Shown here: in pieces, positions 49,787-59,638 of the stretch
Numbering within the stretch: position 1 is the stretch's first letter
Layout of the letters: each line of letters begins with the position of its first letter
Source of the DNA: a virus
Taxonomy: Duplodnaviria > Caudoviricetes
Strand: one strand, 5' to 3'
DNA: 61,396 nt
Virus record (IMG/VR): IMGVR_UViG_3300034121_001426
Span: 1-61,396 of that record
Position numbers and translations under genes: made by a program
Notes under the pieces: model-generated
Database searches by the model: none
Told to the model about the DNA's origin: nothing
What the model saw: the letters and a program-made list of their open reading frames with translations, nothing else

Positions 49787-49834
49787 TTTAGCCTTCACGC
49801 GGAATCCGCGCCAGCTTGTTGCGCGGTAGTTCAC
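49787..49834 (+). mobile_element. Minimal IS200/IS605 end-fusion element, copy 2
   Basis: tttagccttcacgcggaa-ccgcgc/gcgcgg hairpin-tagttcac. Confidence 0.6.
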
Positions 49835-49859
49835 TATAATACGCACATGACTTTCCATA

Positions 49860-50264
49860 TTAGCTGGTTCTTTCTACCAGTGGATACACAACCAGATGGG
49901 GCTTGTTCTTTTTGCGAGCATAATCATAGGTGTACCACGTTCCACCATGTTTTTGAGGAGACATTTGAAATGGCACAACCAACAGGAAATCAGTTTCGTC
50001 CACAATGTTCCTGTTCCTGGCAAAATATTTCAAGGGTTCTCTGGTCTGGTCACTATCAAACCAACCTCTCAGTTCATCTTTCACAGGAGGATGACATACA
50101 ATCTCAATGCCCAGACTGAGGGCCAGTGCTGCCACCTCTACATCCACACCCCTACAATCACCATGGTGTAGCTCTGTTATGCCTGGTGTGGTCAAAAAAT
50201 CCCACACCAGTTGAGTTTGATGGTCAGTCATGCCACTGCGCGCCCCTGTGACTCCCACCTTCAT
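49860..50264 (-). CDS. SLOG-superfamily protein
   Basis: GVTGAR, LHHGDCRGVD, RNRNIVD, GGTWYT. Confidence 0.7.
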   Translation of the reverse strand: MKVGVTGARSGMTDHQTQLVWDFLTTPGITELHHGDCRGVDVEVAALALSLGIEIVCHPPVKDELRGWFDSDQTREPLKYFARNRNIVDETDFLLVVPFQMSPQKHGGTWYTYDYARKKNKPHLVVYPLVERTS

Positions 50265-50617
50265 GGTATGGTCTTTTCAGCTAGTTGTTGTTCTCGCCAC
50301 TCCTTAGCTTCTTGATCAGCGTCCTCATCAGAGAACCATCTGTTGACATCATAGTTCCAATGCCGGCAATCGTAGAGCTGCATCATGAACATATAGCCCA
50401 ACACGTTGATTTCCAGTCGGGGGCCTTGATGATCACTACCCCACCATCTGAGATCCAATGCCACCTCAAAAATATCACTAGACTCAAATTTGCTGATCTG
50501 AAGCTCAAAGCTTTTGTTCTTACTCACCTGGCGGTCAATAAAGGCATAATCCTTGTTCTCAAAATCTTCATTGGGTTTGAACCAGGGGTTGGAAAGTTGT
50601 AAACGGAAATTGATCAT
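50261..50617 (-). CDS. Hypothetical protein
   Basis: Coupled ORF; DHQG...YDCRHW motif. Confidence 0.65.
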   Translation of the reverse strand: MINFRLQLSNPWFKPNEDFENKDYAFIDRQVSKNKSFELQISKFESSDIFEVALDLRWWGSDHQGPRLEINVLGYMFMMQLYDCRHWNYDVNRWFSDEDADQEAKEWREQQLAEKTIP

Positions 50618-50982
50618 CAGGCATTTTCTTTCAGGTGGGTTCTATATTTGACCCCAAACAACACTGTGTCCTTGAGGGGTGGCATTCGGGCCTGGCCTCG
50701 CTGTTCTCTGTGAGAATCCAACCACCCTGAGTTGGTAGGCATAGGTGGCCAACTTCCGGTATTCTGGGCAACTCTTGCCAATCTCAGGGTGTTGTTGAGA
50801 TGACTGGCAGCATATGTTTTGCCCTTGAAGGGTCCTTCAAGAGCATAGTCATAATCCCAACTAGGTTGACTACCCATGCTGTGTCACCACCACCCCTGTC
50901 TGTGAATGTTACAATTTCTAGGGAAATCTCTTAGAGATTTCCTTTAACGATTCTAAACAATGTCTTATTCCCTGTTGGCTTG

Positions 50983-51183
50983 TCAATGCCATTCAATACT
51001 ATGTGCCTCACTATAACTGAGCACTTCCCATTTGTCAAGCATGGCTACCATCACACTCTGGGGTACAGGTGTTGATCTCTTGGCGTTGCGAGCAATACAT
51101 TCCTGCCAGGGTGTGCCCAACACACAGATGGTGACGTGTGCGTCATAATACCTGCATAGTTGTATGATCTTTTGACGTGCCAA
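50983..51183 (-). pseudogene. C-terminal fragment of a polynucleotide-kinase-like protein
   Basis: TPWQECIARNAKRSTPVP lid motif without a P-loop. Confidence 0.6.
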
Positions 51184-51195
51184 TCTAGCTACAGA

Positions 51196-51942
51196 TCAGC
51201 CAGGCTGGTAGAGGTCACCAAAAATCTTGGCAAGTGCCTCATGATCCCCATACGTGCTGAATTGCCCCAAGCGGACGCTGCCCTTGTAGTCCCAGATGCC
51301 GCACAGCTTGCCATCAACCTCAAAGCCCCAGCTATACTTGACCTTATCAGGATCATCCTGGATATTGCTCTTGAATCCCAGGATACGGGTGATTTCGGCA
51401 GCCTTGATGTCATTCAGTGTACCAGTGCGGTGGCTGCCAGCCTTGTTCACAGGCTTGATCACTAGCGCAAGTGACTTGCCATGGAGATCCACACCCAGCA
51501 GTTCATGCACCAGCTGCCACTTGCCAGCATCATCACCCCAGGTGGCCTGCACCATCCAGCGACCATAATGCCAGATATAATAGTATTCTACACCACATTG
51601 AATGGACAGGAAGTCTTCAACACTCTGGCTGTGTATGGCGTCCATGTCATCTTCACCACGGTCTCGACCATAAGCCAGGCACATGTGTCCATATGTGCGT
51701 TCGTAGGCCGTATAGCTCCCTGGGGAATCCAGTTTGTCAAAAGGATAAGGATGACGCTCACCAATTTCAGCGCCAATGCTGGAGAGATTGCCCAATGTAA
51801 TCATTGTACGGATCTTGGCCTCATCCTGGTAATTCTCCAGCAAGATACGGCCATTATATTCCGGACTGCCGTCCATGTGCACATAAATGCTGTCCACGCT
51901 GTCATCAGCGTTGCGAATACCAATGCGGCTGCGAGTTCCCAT
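51196..51942 (-). CDS. Hypothetical early protein (possible two-domain fusion)
   Basis: MGTRSRIG...IYVHMDG N-terminal domain; distinct IWDYKG C-terminal domain. Confidence 0.7.
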   Translation of the reverse strand: MGTRSRIGIRNADDSVDSIYVHMDGSPEYNGRILLENYQDEAKIRTMITLGNLSSIGAEIGERHPYPFDKLDSPGSYTAYERTYGHMCLAYGRDRGEDDMDAIHSQSVEDFLSIQCGVEYYYIWHYGRWMVQATWGDDAGKWQLVHELLGVDLHGKSLALVIKPVNKAGSHRTGTLNDIKAAEITRILGFKSNIQDDPDKVKYSWGFEVDGKLCGIWDYKGSVRLGQFSTYGDHEALAKIFGDLYQPG

Positions 51943-52006
51943 TTAATCTGTCCTCTTGTTCATATGCTCATGATAGCATAAGATCCCAGTTTGTCAACCA
52001 GTTTTT

Positions 52007-52171
52007 TCAATCCATTTTGCCCCAGGTAACCTTGGACACTCCAAAAAGGATCATCTCTACACACATGCTCTTGTAGATGGCTTGGGCCACTGCTTTGGTG
52101 ACACATTCACGGCGCACGGTTCCACCACCGTCCAGGAACTCAATCTGGTAAAAATATTCACCCTTGGTCAC
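52007..52171 (-). CDS. 54-aa early protein flanked by duplicated promoters
   Basis: MTKGEYFYQIEFLDGG...VTWGKMD, GGAG RBS. Confidence 0.6.
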   Translation of the reverse strand: MTKGEYFYQIEFLDGGGTVRRECVTKAVAQAIYKSMCVEMILFGVSKVTWGKMD

Positions 52172-52224
52172 AGCATGCTTCTCCGCTGTTATGTTGAGTC
52201 ATAATAGCATTAGATCCCAGTTTG

Positions 52225-52806
52225 TCAACCAGTTTTTTTACAAAGTTTGCGCACTGTGTCCACCAACAGTGGATGTTCTTGCTCCAAAACTCTTGCTGCA
52301 AGGGTGTTGGGTGTATCATGTTCCCAAATGGGAACTCTTGCCTGTGCTAGGATCTCACCAGCATCCAGCTCTGCTGTGACCCAGTGTATGGTGCATCCAT
52401 GTTCCTGATCGCCTGCCGCCAGTGCTCTCTCATGTGTGTGCAATCCAGGATACAGGGGCAACAAGCTAGGGTGTATGTTGATGATCCTGTTTTGCCACTG
52501 ATTTACAAAATCTGCTGTGAGGATTCTCATGTATCCTGCCAGCACCACAAATTCCACCTGGTGCATGAGCAATGCCTTGTGAATGTGCTGTTCCTGTATA
52601 TGTCTACGGCCCTTGTAGTTCTTGTCATCAAAAACCAACACTGGAATGTTGAGATTCTCAGCTATTTTCAAACCAGCAGCATCTGCACAGTTGCTGATCA
52701 CCACAACTGTTTGGGTGGGATAGCTACTATCCTGTTCAGCTTGTAGCAGTGCTTGCATGTTGCTGCCTCTGCCACTGATAAAAATTGCTGTGCGTGTTTT
52801 GTTCAT
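52225..52806 (-). CDS. purN: Phosphoribosylglycinamide formyltransferase
   Basis: ISGRGSNMQAL, LAGYMRIL, NIHPSLLP, ELDAG. Confidence 0.95.
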   Translation of the reverse strand: MNKTRTAIFISGRGSNMQALLQAEQDSSYPTQTVVVISNCADAAGLKIAENLNIPVLVFDDKNYKGRRHIQEQHIHKALLMHQVEFVVLAGYMRILTADFVNQWQNRIINIHPSLLPLYPGLHTHERALAAGDQEHGCTIHWVTAELDAGEILAQARVPIWEHDTPNTLAARVLEQEHPLLVDTVRKLCKKTG

Positions 52807-54404
52807 GGTTGGTTCTCAGGGTTCATGCAGGCAGCCAGGAAACTCACAAACACAGGATGTGGTTGCCAGCATCTGCTTTTGTATTCAGGATGGAACTGCA
52901 CACCCACAAACCAGGGATGTTGTTGATGTTCAATCACCTCTGGCAATTGTTCTTGTGTGCTTACAGCAGAGATTTCACATTTTTGTTTTTCCAACATGCT
53001 GCGGATTCTGGGAGTGACTATCACCTCATATCTGTGCCTGTGTCTCTCTTGTATCTCATTGCCATGATATATTTTGCTGATGAGACTGTTGTCTATCAGT
53101 TGCGCTGTTCTGTTGCCCAGCCTCATGGTTGCGCCCATGCTGTCACCAGCGTTGGGCAAAATGTCCACCACAGCTGGTTCGCATGCACCAAATTCAGTGC
53201 TGCCTGCACTCATGCAACCTGCACTGCGAATCACATCTATCACAGCCAATTGCATGCCCAAACAGATGCCCAGGAAAGGCACCTGGTGTTCTCTGGCATA
53301 TCTGATGGCCTGTAATTTGCCTGGTATGCCTCTGGCACCAAATCCACCAGGCACCAGCACACCATCACATTCATTCAATTGCTGCTGTAGAGGATCAGCA
53401 TCCTGGTCACTGTTGATCCATGCAATCTCCAACTGTTGATGATTTTTCAGCGCAGCATGGTGTAATGCTTGTGTTAGGCTTTTGTAACTGTCCGGCAAGC
53501 TGACATATTTGCCCACAATGCCTATCTTGACTTTGCACTGAGTTTGCTGACATCTCAACCAATCTTGTTGTATGTTGTACCAGCGATTGAGGTTGGGTGG
53601 CAAATAATCAATGCCAAAATGCCTGAGCACAGCCTCATCCATGCCCTCCACATGATATCTCAAGGGCACGGTGTTGATGTTCTCAACATTGGGGGCAGTG
53701 ATGATCATGTGTGAGGGCACATTACAAAACAAGCTGATCTTGTTTTTGATGCTGATGTCCAGATCCCGTTCTGTTCTGCACACCAGCATGTGTGGACTGA
53801 TGCCCAGCCCCAACAATTCCCTCACACTGTGTTGAGTGGGCTTGGTTTTGAGCTCCTGAGCTGCATCAATCCAGGGCAACAGGGTCACATGCACAAACAT
53901 TATCTCTCGTGCACCGCGCTCCATGTACAACTGCCTCATGGCTTCCAAAAAGGGCAGGCTTTCAATGTCGCCCACTGTGCCACCTGTTTCCACAATCACA
54001 AAATCTTCATCTTGTGTGTTGTGCTGAATACGATGTTTGATCTCATCTGTTATGTGCGGAATCACCTGCACTGTGGCACCCAGGTAGTCACCTGCACGTT
54101 CTTGGGCAATCACAGTCTGATAAATGCTGCCTGCTGTGATGGCATCATCCTGGGTGGCATTTACACCTGTGAATCTCTCATAGTGGCCTAGATCCAGGTC
54201 AGTTTCTGCACCATCTTCGGTGACAAACACTTCTCCATGTTGTAGAGGGCTCATGGTGCCAGGATCCACGTTGAGATAGGGATCCATCTTTCTGATTCTC
54301 ACCTGATAACCATGTGCCTGCAACAGTGCGCCCATGCTGGCTGCCACAATGCCTTTGCCCAGGCTGCTCACCACTCCACCTGTGATAAAAATAAATCTGG
54401 TCAT
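52803..54404 (-). CDS. pyrG: CTP synthase
   Basis: GGVVSSLGKG, DPYLNVDPGTM, GICLGMQ, QFHPE. Confidence 0.97.
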   Translation of the reverse strand: MTRFIFITGGVVSSLGKGIVAASMGALLQAHGYQVRIRKMDPYLNVDPGTMSPLQHGEVFVTEDGAETDLDLGHYERFTGVNATQDDAITAGSIYQTVIAQERAGDYLGATVQVIPHITDEIKHRIQHNTQDEDFVIVETGGTVGDIESLPFLEAMRQLYMERGAREIMFVHVTLLPWIDAAQELKTKPTQHSVRELLGLGISPHMLVCRTERDLDISIKNKISLFCNVPSHMIITAPNVENINTVPLRYHVEGMDEAVLRHFGIDYLPPNLNRWYNIQQDWLRCQQTQCKVKIGIVGKYVSLPDSYKSLTQALHHAALKNHQQLEIAWINSDQDADPLQQQLNECDGVLVPGGFGARGIPGKLQAIRYAREHQVPFLGICLGMQLAVIDVIRSAGCMSAGSTEFGACEPAVVDILPNAGDSMGATMRLGNRTAQLIDNSLISKIYHGNEIQERHRHRYEVIVTPRIRSMLEKQKCEISAVSTQEQLPEVIEHQQHPWFVGVQFHPEYKSRCWQPHPVFVSFLAACMNPENQP

Positions 54405-55390
54405 TTTGTCACCACCTCTCCCAGGTGTATCACAGTTTCGCCCTGGGCAATCAGCTGATCTTTCACAGAAGCCACATCTAGGGGATCCACCACCAGCACC
54501 AGCCCCACGCCACAGTTGAACACCTCATATAATTCATCAGTGCTGATGTTGCCCTGCCGTTGAATCCAATAAAAAGGTGCTGGAATTTTCACAGCCATGC
54601 GTGCATCCAGATGGTCAGGTATGATTCGCATCACATTGTTGTATATGCCGCCTCCTGTGATGTGAGCCACACCCTTGATGAGATCCTGTTTGACAAGTGG
54701 AACCACACTCCTGGTGTAGATTCTCGTGGGCTTCATGAGAGCATCTGCCAGAGTCTCATGAGGTGCCCAGGGACACCAGGTATTGAGATCCATGTTCTGC
54801 ACAATCTTTCTAATCAAACTGTAGCCATTGCTGTGAAATCCACTGCTGGGCAATCCCAGCAGTAGATCACCTTCCTGTATGTTCCTGGGCAGCAACTGAT
54901 GCCTTTCCACAAATCCCACAGCAAATCCTGCCATGTCACAGTCGTTGGGCAAATAAACACCTGGCATTTCTGCACATTCACCACCCACCAAGCTGCATCC
55001 TGCCATCTCACAAGCCCTGGCAATGCTGGAAATCACCTGAGTGGCCACAGTGACATCCAGATGGCTGGTGGCATAATAATCCAAAAAGAACTGAGGTTCT
55101 GCGCCTTGTGCTAGGAGATCGTTCACACACATGGCCACAAGATCTTCTCCAATGTGCTGCCATTTGTGTGTTTGTGCTGCCAACAGCAATTTGGTGCCCA
55201 CACCATCTGTGCTGCTGACAATCAGTGGATCCTGATATCCTGACGCACGGGGATCAAACACAGCACCAAATCCCCCCACACCAGCTATCACGCCTTTGGT
55301 GTGAGTCTTTTGTGCAATGGGTCTGATGTTTTGTACAACTGATTCTCCAGCACCAATGTCCACTCCAGCTTGTTGATATTTTTTGCTCAT
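54401..55390 (-). CDS. purM: Phosphoribosylaminoimidazole (AIR) synthetase
   Basis: STDGVGTK, AMCVND, HSNGYSL, HITGGG. Confidence 0.96.
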   Translation of the reverse strand: MSKKYQQAGVDIGAGESVVQNIRPIAQKTHTKGVIAGVGGFGAVFDPRASGYQDPLIVSSTDGVGTKLLLAAQTHKWQHIGEDLVAMCVNDLLAQGAEPQFFLDYYATSHLDVTVATQVISSIARACEMAGCSLVGGECAEMPGVYLPNDCDMAGFAVGFVERHQLLPRNIQEGDLLLGLPSSGFHSNGYSLIRKIVQNMDLNTWCPWAPHETLADALMKPTRIYTRSVVPLVKQDLIKGVAHITGGGIYNNVMRIIPDHLDARMAVKIPAPFYWIQRQGNISTDELYEVFNCGVGLVLVVDPLDVASVKDQLIAQGETVIHLGEVVTK

Positions 55391-55453
55391 GGCTGTCTCT
55401 CATATTGATTGTTGATTATAGCCAAAACTTCCTGGTAAGTCTTAAATACTCAC

Positions 55454-55801
55454 ATGAATCCCTATGAGAAAATTTGCCGAGATTTTATTGTGTGGTGCAG
55501 ACCCAGACTCAGTCTCACAGGCGCCATACGTGTGCGATTGGTGAACCGTGACATCCAAAATGGCAGCCAGAAAACATTTGGATATTTTGATCCCAGAACG
55601 CAACAGATTGTGGTGTGCATCAAAGATCGTCATCCAACTGATTGTCTGAGAACATTGGCACATGAAATGGTACACATGGCACAAGGTAATATTCGAGAAC
55701 TCACAGCAGATGATGGTGCAACAGGCAGTGACATTGAGAATCAAGCCAATGCCTTGGCTGGTATTTTGCTGAGATTGTGGAATCAGGAACCACAGCAATA
55801 A
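55454..55801 (+). CDS. Zincin-like metallopeptidase domain protein
   Basis: TLAHEMVH...ENQANA; TAAATA upstream. Confidence 0.75.
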   Translation: MNPYEKICRDFIVWCRPRLSLTGAIRVRLVNRDIQNGSQKTFGYFDPRTQQIVVCIKDRHPTDCLRTLAHEMVHMAQGNIRELTADDGATGSDIENQANALAGILLRLWNQEPQQ

Positions 55802-55804
55802 TCT

Positions 55805-56272
55805 CCTTGGGCTATGGAGGAAGGACCATATCTTCCCACACAAGGTGAGAAGATATAACGTGTCTTGGTATGACGGTATCAGGACACAAGGCCATACACA
55901 GCAAATATTTGCCACAGGCGGTTGCCCGGTACCTGTGATCTTGACTCAAGAATAGTATGATATCTGAAAGTATTACTTTCGCAGCGGCAAAACCCAAGAG
56001 CGCCTTGTTGCTAATGGGTTCCTGATCGTTGGCCACGGCCAGCCAGAGCGATCCATTTGAGAGAATGCCTCACATTCCCAAGATAATTTCAACAATCCAT
56101 TCCCTGCTGTGATTGTGTATTCCGGGCTCGCACTGGAAGATTTCATGCTCATGAGGGCAGCGGTGCTTCCCGGTCCAACCTGGCAACGGAGGTCGATTTG
56201 AATGCGTTCCTGACGGTGCCACCGTCCCTTCCGCCAGTGGAGTTCTTTACCACCCTGTCTGCTGGTTGCCTG
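55805..56272 (-). ncRNA. Candidate large structured ncRNA (~470 nt)
   Basis: Hairpin-rich, no credible ORF, downstream of TTGACA-N17-TAAGCT. Confidence 0.5.
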
Positions 56273-56280
56273 TTGCTGAG

Positions 56281-56309
56281 AGCTTACACACAACTCACAG
56301 AGATGTCAA
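56281..56309 (-). promoter_or_regulatory. Sigma70-like promoter with no ORF behind it
   Basis: TTGACA (56309-56304), N17, TAAGCT (56286-56281). Confidence 0.7.
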
Positions 56310-56374
56310 ACTTGGGCTAGTGGTCCTGATCTTTTGACAACCGAGCCAGAATATCAGCAGGTGTAAGAGCTAAT

Positions 56375-57247
56375 TTAGCCATTGTTGGTGTCCTTGACTT
56401 GTGTCTTTTCAGGTGTCACCAGCTGAGTAAGGTTGTTGATGTCCAGGAGGACCACATGGTCTTCACCAAAATAGTTCATGATAAACCAGGTGGCGGTTTC
56501 CTGACCCCTGAAAGCCAATGCAATACTGTCGCTCTTGCTGGTGCGCACCAGTTCACTGCGCTTGAGCTTCATACCTGCAACTGCCTCGTCCACAGGCTTG
56601 ACACTCACCGTGGGCGTATCCGTCCAGTCATCAACATTCTTGGGATTGATCTGCACAGCAACCACATAGGCAAAATCCTTGAGCTTGCCAGCCTTGTCCA
56701 GCTTTTTGTAGACATCACGAACAGCACTGCCATGAGCATCTGTTAGCTTGCGCAGCCGCACACTTTGATCCACATAGGCATGAGGATCAAAGTCAACCTT
56801 GTTCATGATCTTGTTCTTTTTGTCTAGGACTTCCACAACTTCCCATTCCTGGGGAACCTGGCTTATGGGTTTGTTGTTGGTAAGCCATTCAGGGACATTG
56901 GCATAGCCTGGGTGCATGATTTCCCAAATGTCCACTTCTCGCTTGAGATCGAGATATTCTGGTGTCTGCTCAGGATCCACCCGCTTGCCACCCCGCCACT
57001 CTGGCATCTTGTAGAGATTGCGCAGCTGAGAGTTCTTATCAAAGATATGATCAGGTGGCATAAAAATACCCACCAGATACAACAGATGCATCTTGAGCTT
57101 GGCCAGGTCCTTGAATGCCTTGCCAAATCCCTTGTTGGTGTGAATTAAGATTGCGGGAGTGGTGGCATAGTTGGGCCCATACCCATAGTCAATTTCCTTG
57201 TAAAAAGCGCCAGTGTTCTTGTCGCGAATATGGAATGTGGATGTCAT
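56375..57247 (-). CDS. Hypothetical protein
   Basis: 290-aa ORF with strong codon bias. Confidence 0.75.
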   Translation of the reverse strand: MTSTFHIRDKNTGAFYKEIDYGYGPNYATTPAILIHTNKGFGKAFKDLAKLKMHLLYLVGIFMPPDHIFDKNSQLRNLYKMPEWRGGKRVDPEQTPEYLDLKREVDIWEIMHPGYANVPEWLTNNKPISQVPQEWEVVEVLDKKNKIMNKVDFDPHAYVDQSVRLRKLTDAHGSAVRDVYKKLDKAGKLKDFAYVVAVQINPKNVDDWTDTPTVSVKPVDEAVAGMKLKRSELVRTSKSDSIALAFRGQETATWFIMNYFGEDHVVLLDINNLTQLVTPEKTQVKDTNNG

Positions 57248-57528
57248 GCGTTTGTTCCTTGTAGGAGAGCTGAGCTTATTGCATCAAAAACTTGTTGTTC
57301 ACTTGTGAAACAGGATACCAGTGGGGGATTGTGCAAGTGAACATGTATCAGTTGACTGCTGAATCTGCGAATTATACCATGGCCCACAAATCTACCATTG
57401 CCTGGCTGCCTGTTGTTCCACCTGGTTTTCTTGCTGAATGGCCAGGGCTGATAGATCAACTCACAATCCAGCAAGTGTGAGACCTGTTGGTAGAACAGTT
57501 GCTCGGGGTTGTGGTATGGGTGGTTCAT
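57244..57528 (-). CDS. Hypothetical protein
   Basis: TRWNNRQPGNGRFVGHG motif; coupled to its neighbours. Confidence 0.7.
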   Translation of the reverse strand: MNHPYHNPEQLFYQQVSHLLDCELIYQPWPFSKKTRWNNRQPGNGRFVGHGIIRRFSSQLIHVHLHNPPLVSCFTSEQQVFDAISSALLQGTNA

Positions 57529-57822
57529 GATCTAGTCCAAGGGTTCCCAGGTGGTGTCACCATCCCTGGTGTTGATACTCTTGACCCGAATCCAACACAT
57601 GAGGCTGCTTTCATGCAGGATGGAGCCCTGTGGGCCACTGGGAAGATCAGGTAGGTAGCAAAAATAATTGCCAAATCCCACATGGTTGTGTACCAGAACA
57701 ATACAGCCCTTGTACAATCCATCCATGACTGTGGCCATGGTATCAGGTAGGATCATAAACACAAATTCCTTGTTTCCATATGCACACAATAGCGTGTGAT
57801 TGCACAATGTCAACTTGTATAT

Positions 57823-58251
57823 TCAACCCCACGCAAGTAGGAATTGAGCGGCTACATCGTCATCCCAGGGACAGGCCACACCCAGTGATCTCATCCAGGA
57901 TTTAATTTCATCGGTCATGTTCTTGCCATGCAGCCACCACTCCTGCGATCCATCTGCATGTATCACAGCAGGCCCATCCAATCGATGTAGTTGGCCATCA
58001 ACATGCCACTCCTGCGATCCATCTGCATATATCACAGCAGGCCCATCCAATCGATGTAGTTGGCCATCAACATACCACTCCTGCAATCCATCTGCATATA
58101 TCACAGCAGGCCCATCCAATCGATGTAGTTGGCCATCAACATGCCATCTTTGCGTGCCATCTGCATCTATATGCCGACCGACCTGCGGCGTGATCCCCTT
58201 GCTAGGGATACAGTGATTTGTTGAACAAATTGTTAACCCTGATAGGAACAT
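57823..58251 (-). CDS. HRLDGPA 23-aa tandem-repeat protein
   Basis: Three near-identical 69-bp repeats; ends FLLAWG. Confidence 0.75.
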   Translation of the reverse strand: MFLSGLTICSTNHCIPSKGITPQVGRHIDADGTQRWHVDGQLHRLDGPAVIYADGLQEWYVDGQLHRLDGPAVIYADGSQEWHVDGQLHRLDGPAVIHADGSQEWWLHGKNMTDEIKSWMRSLGVACPWDDDVAAQFLLAWG

Positions 58252-58308
58252 AGCATGATTCTCCTGAATTATTGAGAATAATAACTGGTCTCTCAATAAA
58301 GTCAACCG

Positions 58309-59602
58309 GTGAACTACTGTTGGTCTAAAGACCAACAGCTTCCTGCTTCATTTGTGACTGAGATACATGGCCCTAATTGTCCATCATATCCCAAGTCACA
58401 TCCACGGGCGCTTGAGGCAGTTCCTGCCTTGCATGATCTATGTTCCATTGTTGTAGTCCCCAGTTCTTGATATTCATGGCCGCATTGATATCTCTGTGCT
58501 GCGTAACGCCACAAGATTCACAATGATATTCTCTTTGCTTCAAATCCAGTGATGATTTCTTGGTACCACATGAGCTGCATGTTTTGCTACTGGGTAGCCA
58601 CTGATTGATTTTGGTGAAGTGATGGCCTGATAGCTCACACTTGTAGGCAATCGAGTTGGCCAGCATTGCCCATCCGGCATCTGCTATACACTTGGCGGCA
58701 TATTTGCTCTTCTTCCTCATCTCATCAATTTTCAGTGTTTCAACTGACACCAGGTCATGCGATTTGGCTATTCTCGCACTGATCTGGTGTATATGGTTTA
58801 ATCTTTGGCAACGAACCAGATCATGAGTTCGTGCCAGTTTTAATTTTGCTTTGGTTCTGTTCTTGCTTGACTTGGCTTTTCTGCTCAACTTGCGTTGTTG
58901 ATGTTTGATGTGTTTGCGCTTTTTGGCAAGTGGCCTTGGGTTCTCAATCAGTGCCCCTGTGCTGAGTGCAGTGTATTGTGAGTTGACATCCACTCCCACT
59001 GGGTTCTGCACTTGATCTACCAATGGCAGTTCTGCCACATCAACCACAAAACTTGCATACCAACCACGTGGTGTTTGGGTAATAGTTACGCATTGATATT
59101 TCGCAGGTAATTCCCTGTGCAACACAATTCGAACAATACCTATCTTGGGTAATCTCAAATACCTGTTGTTGTCCACTAGATTGGTGTGTTGTTGATATCT
59201 AAATGATATGGGAGTAGTATATTTGCTCTTGAACTTGGGGAATCCAGCACTGGTTTTCTTCATATTTTTCCAATGCAGTATCCAAGTCCTTGATGCTGCT
59301 CTGCAACACCTGACTGTAGGTGTCTTTCAACCAAATGTGTTGTTTTTTCAGATCAGTCAGCTGTTTGCACATGTCAAACTGCCACACAAATGTTTTGTCT
59401 TGGTTGTATTGATCTATGTTTACCTTGAGAAAGTGGTTGTATAGGAATCGAACTGCACCACCCACAGACGTCATCTGTTGTTCTTGTTGCAGGGTAGGAT
59501 AAATCCTGTAGCGATATCTCTGCTTCATTTGTGCGATTATGTATGCCACTCGCTATCCATCTGTTGGCTTAAAAGCCAACAGACTTCCGCTCGAAAGTTA
59601 AA
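58309..59602 (-). mobile_element. IS200/IS605-family tnpB-only element (IS1341-like)
   Basis: Left-end hairpin ctgttggcttaaaagccaacag (~59561-59582) preceded by TTTAA; right-end hairpin ending gtagttcac at 58309; no tnpA. Confidence 0.85.
58373..59528 (-). pseudogene. tnpB: TnpB split by a +1 frameshift near 59270
   Basis: HTH (RYRIYPT) in one frame; FPKFK, GVDVN, VETL, CSSC/CESC and HRDINAA in the next. Confidence 0.85.
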
Positions 59603-59638
59603 GCATGAATGCCTTATCCACCCATCACAAGGATATGC

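Noticed and set aside
55812-56036. ANDQEPISNKALLGFAAA resembles a tmRNA tag peptide
   Set aside because: No stop codon after AAA, and no tRNA-like domain (GGGGC 5' end, paired T-arm, CCA) found on either strand; kept only as an unclassified ncRNA candidate
57940-58150. 69-bp repeats here, at 18030-18290 and at 61290-61396 as a CRISPR array
   Set aside because: In-frame coding tandem repeats with no unique spacers and no cas genes
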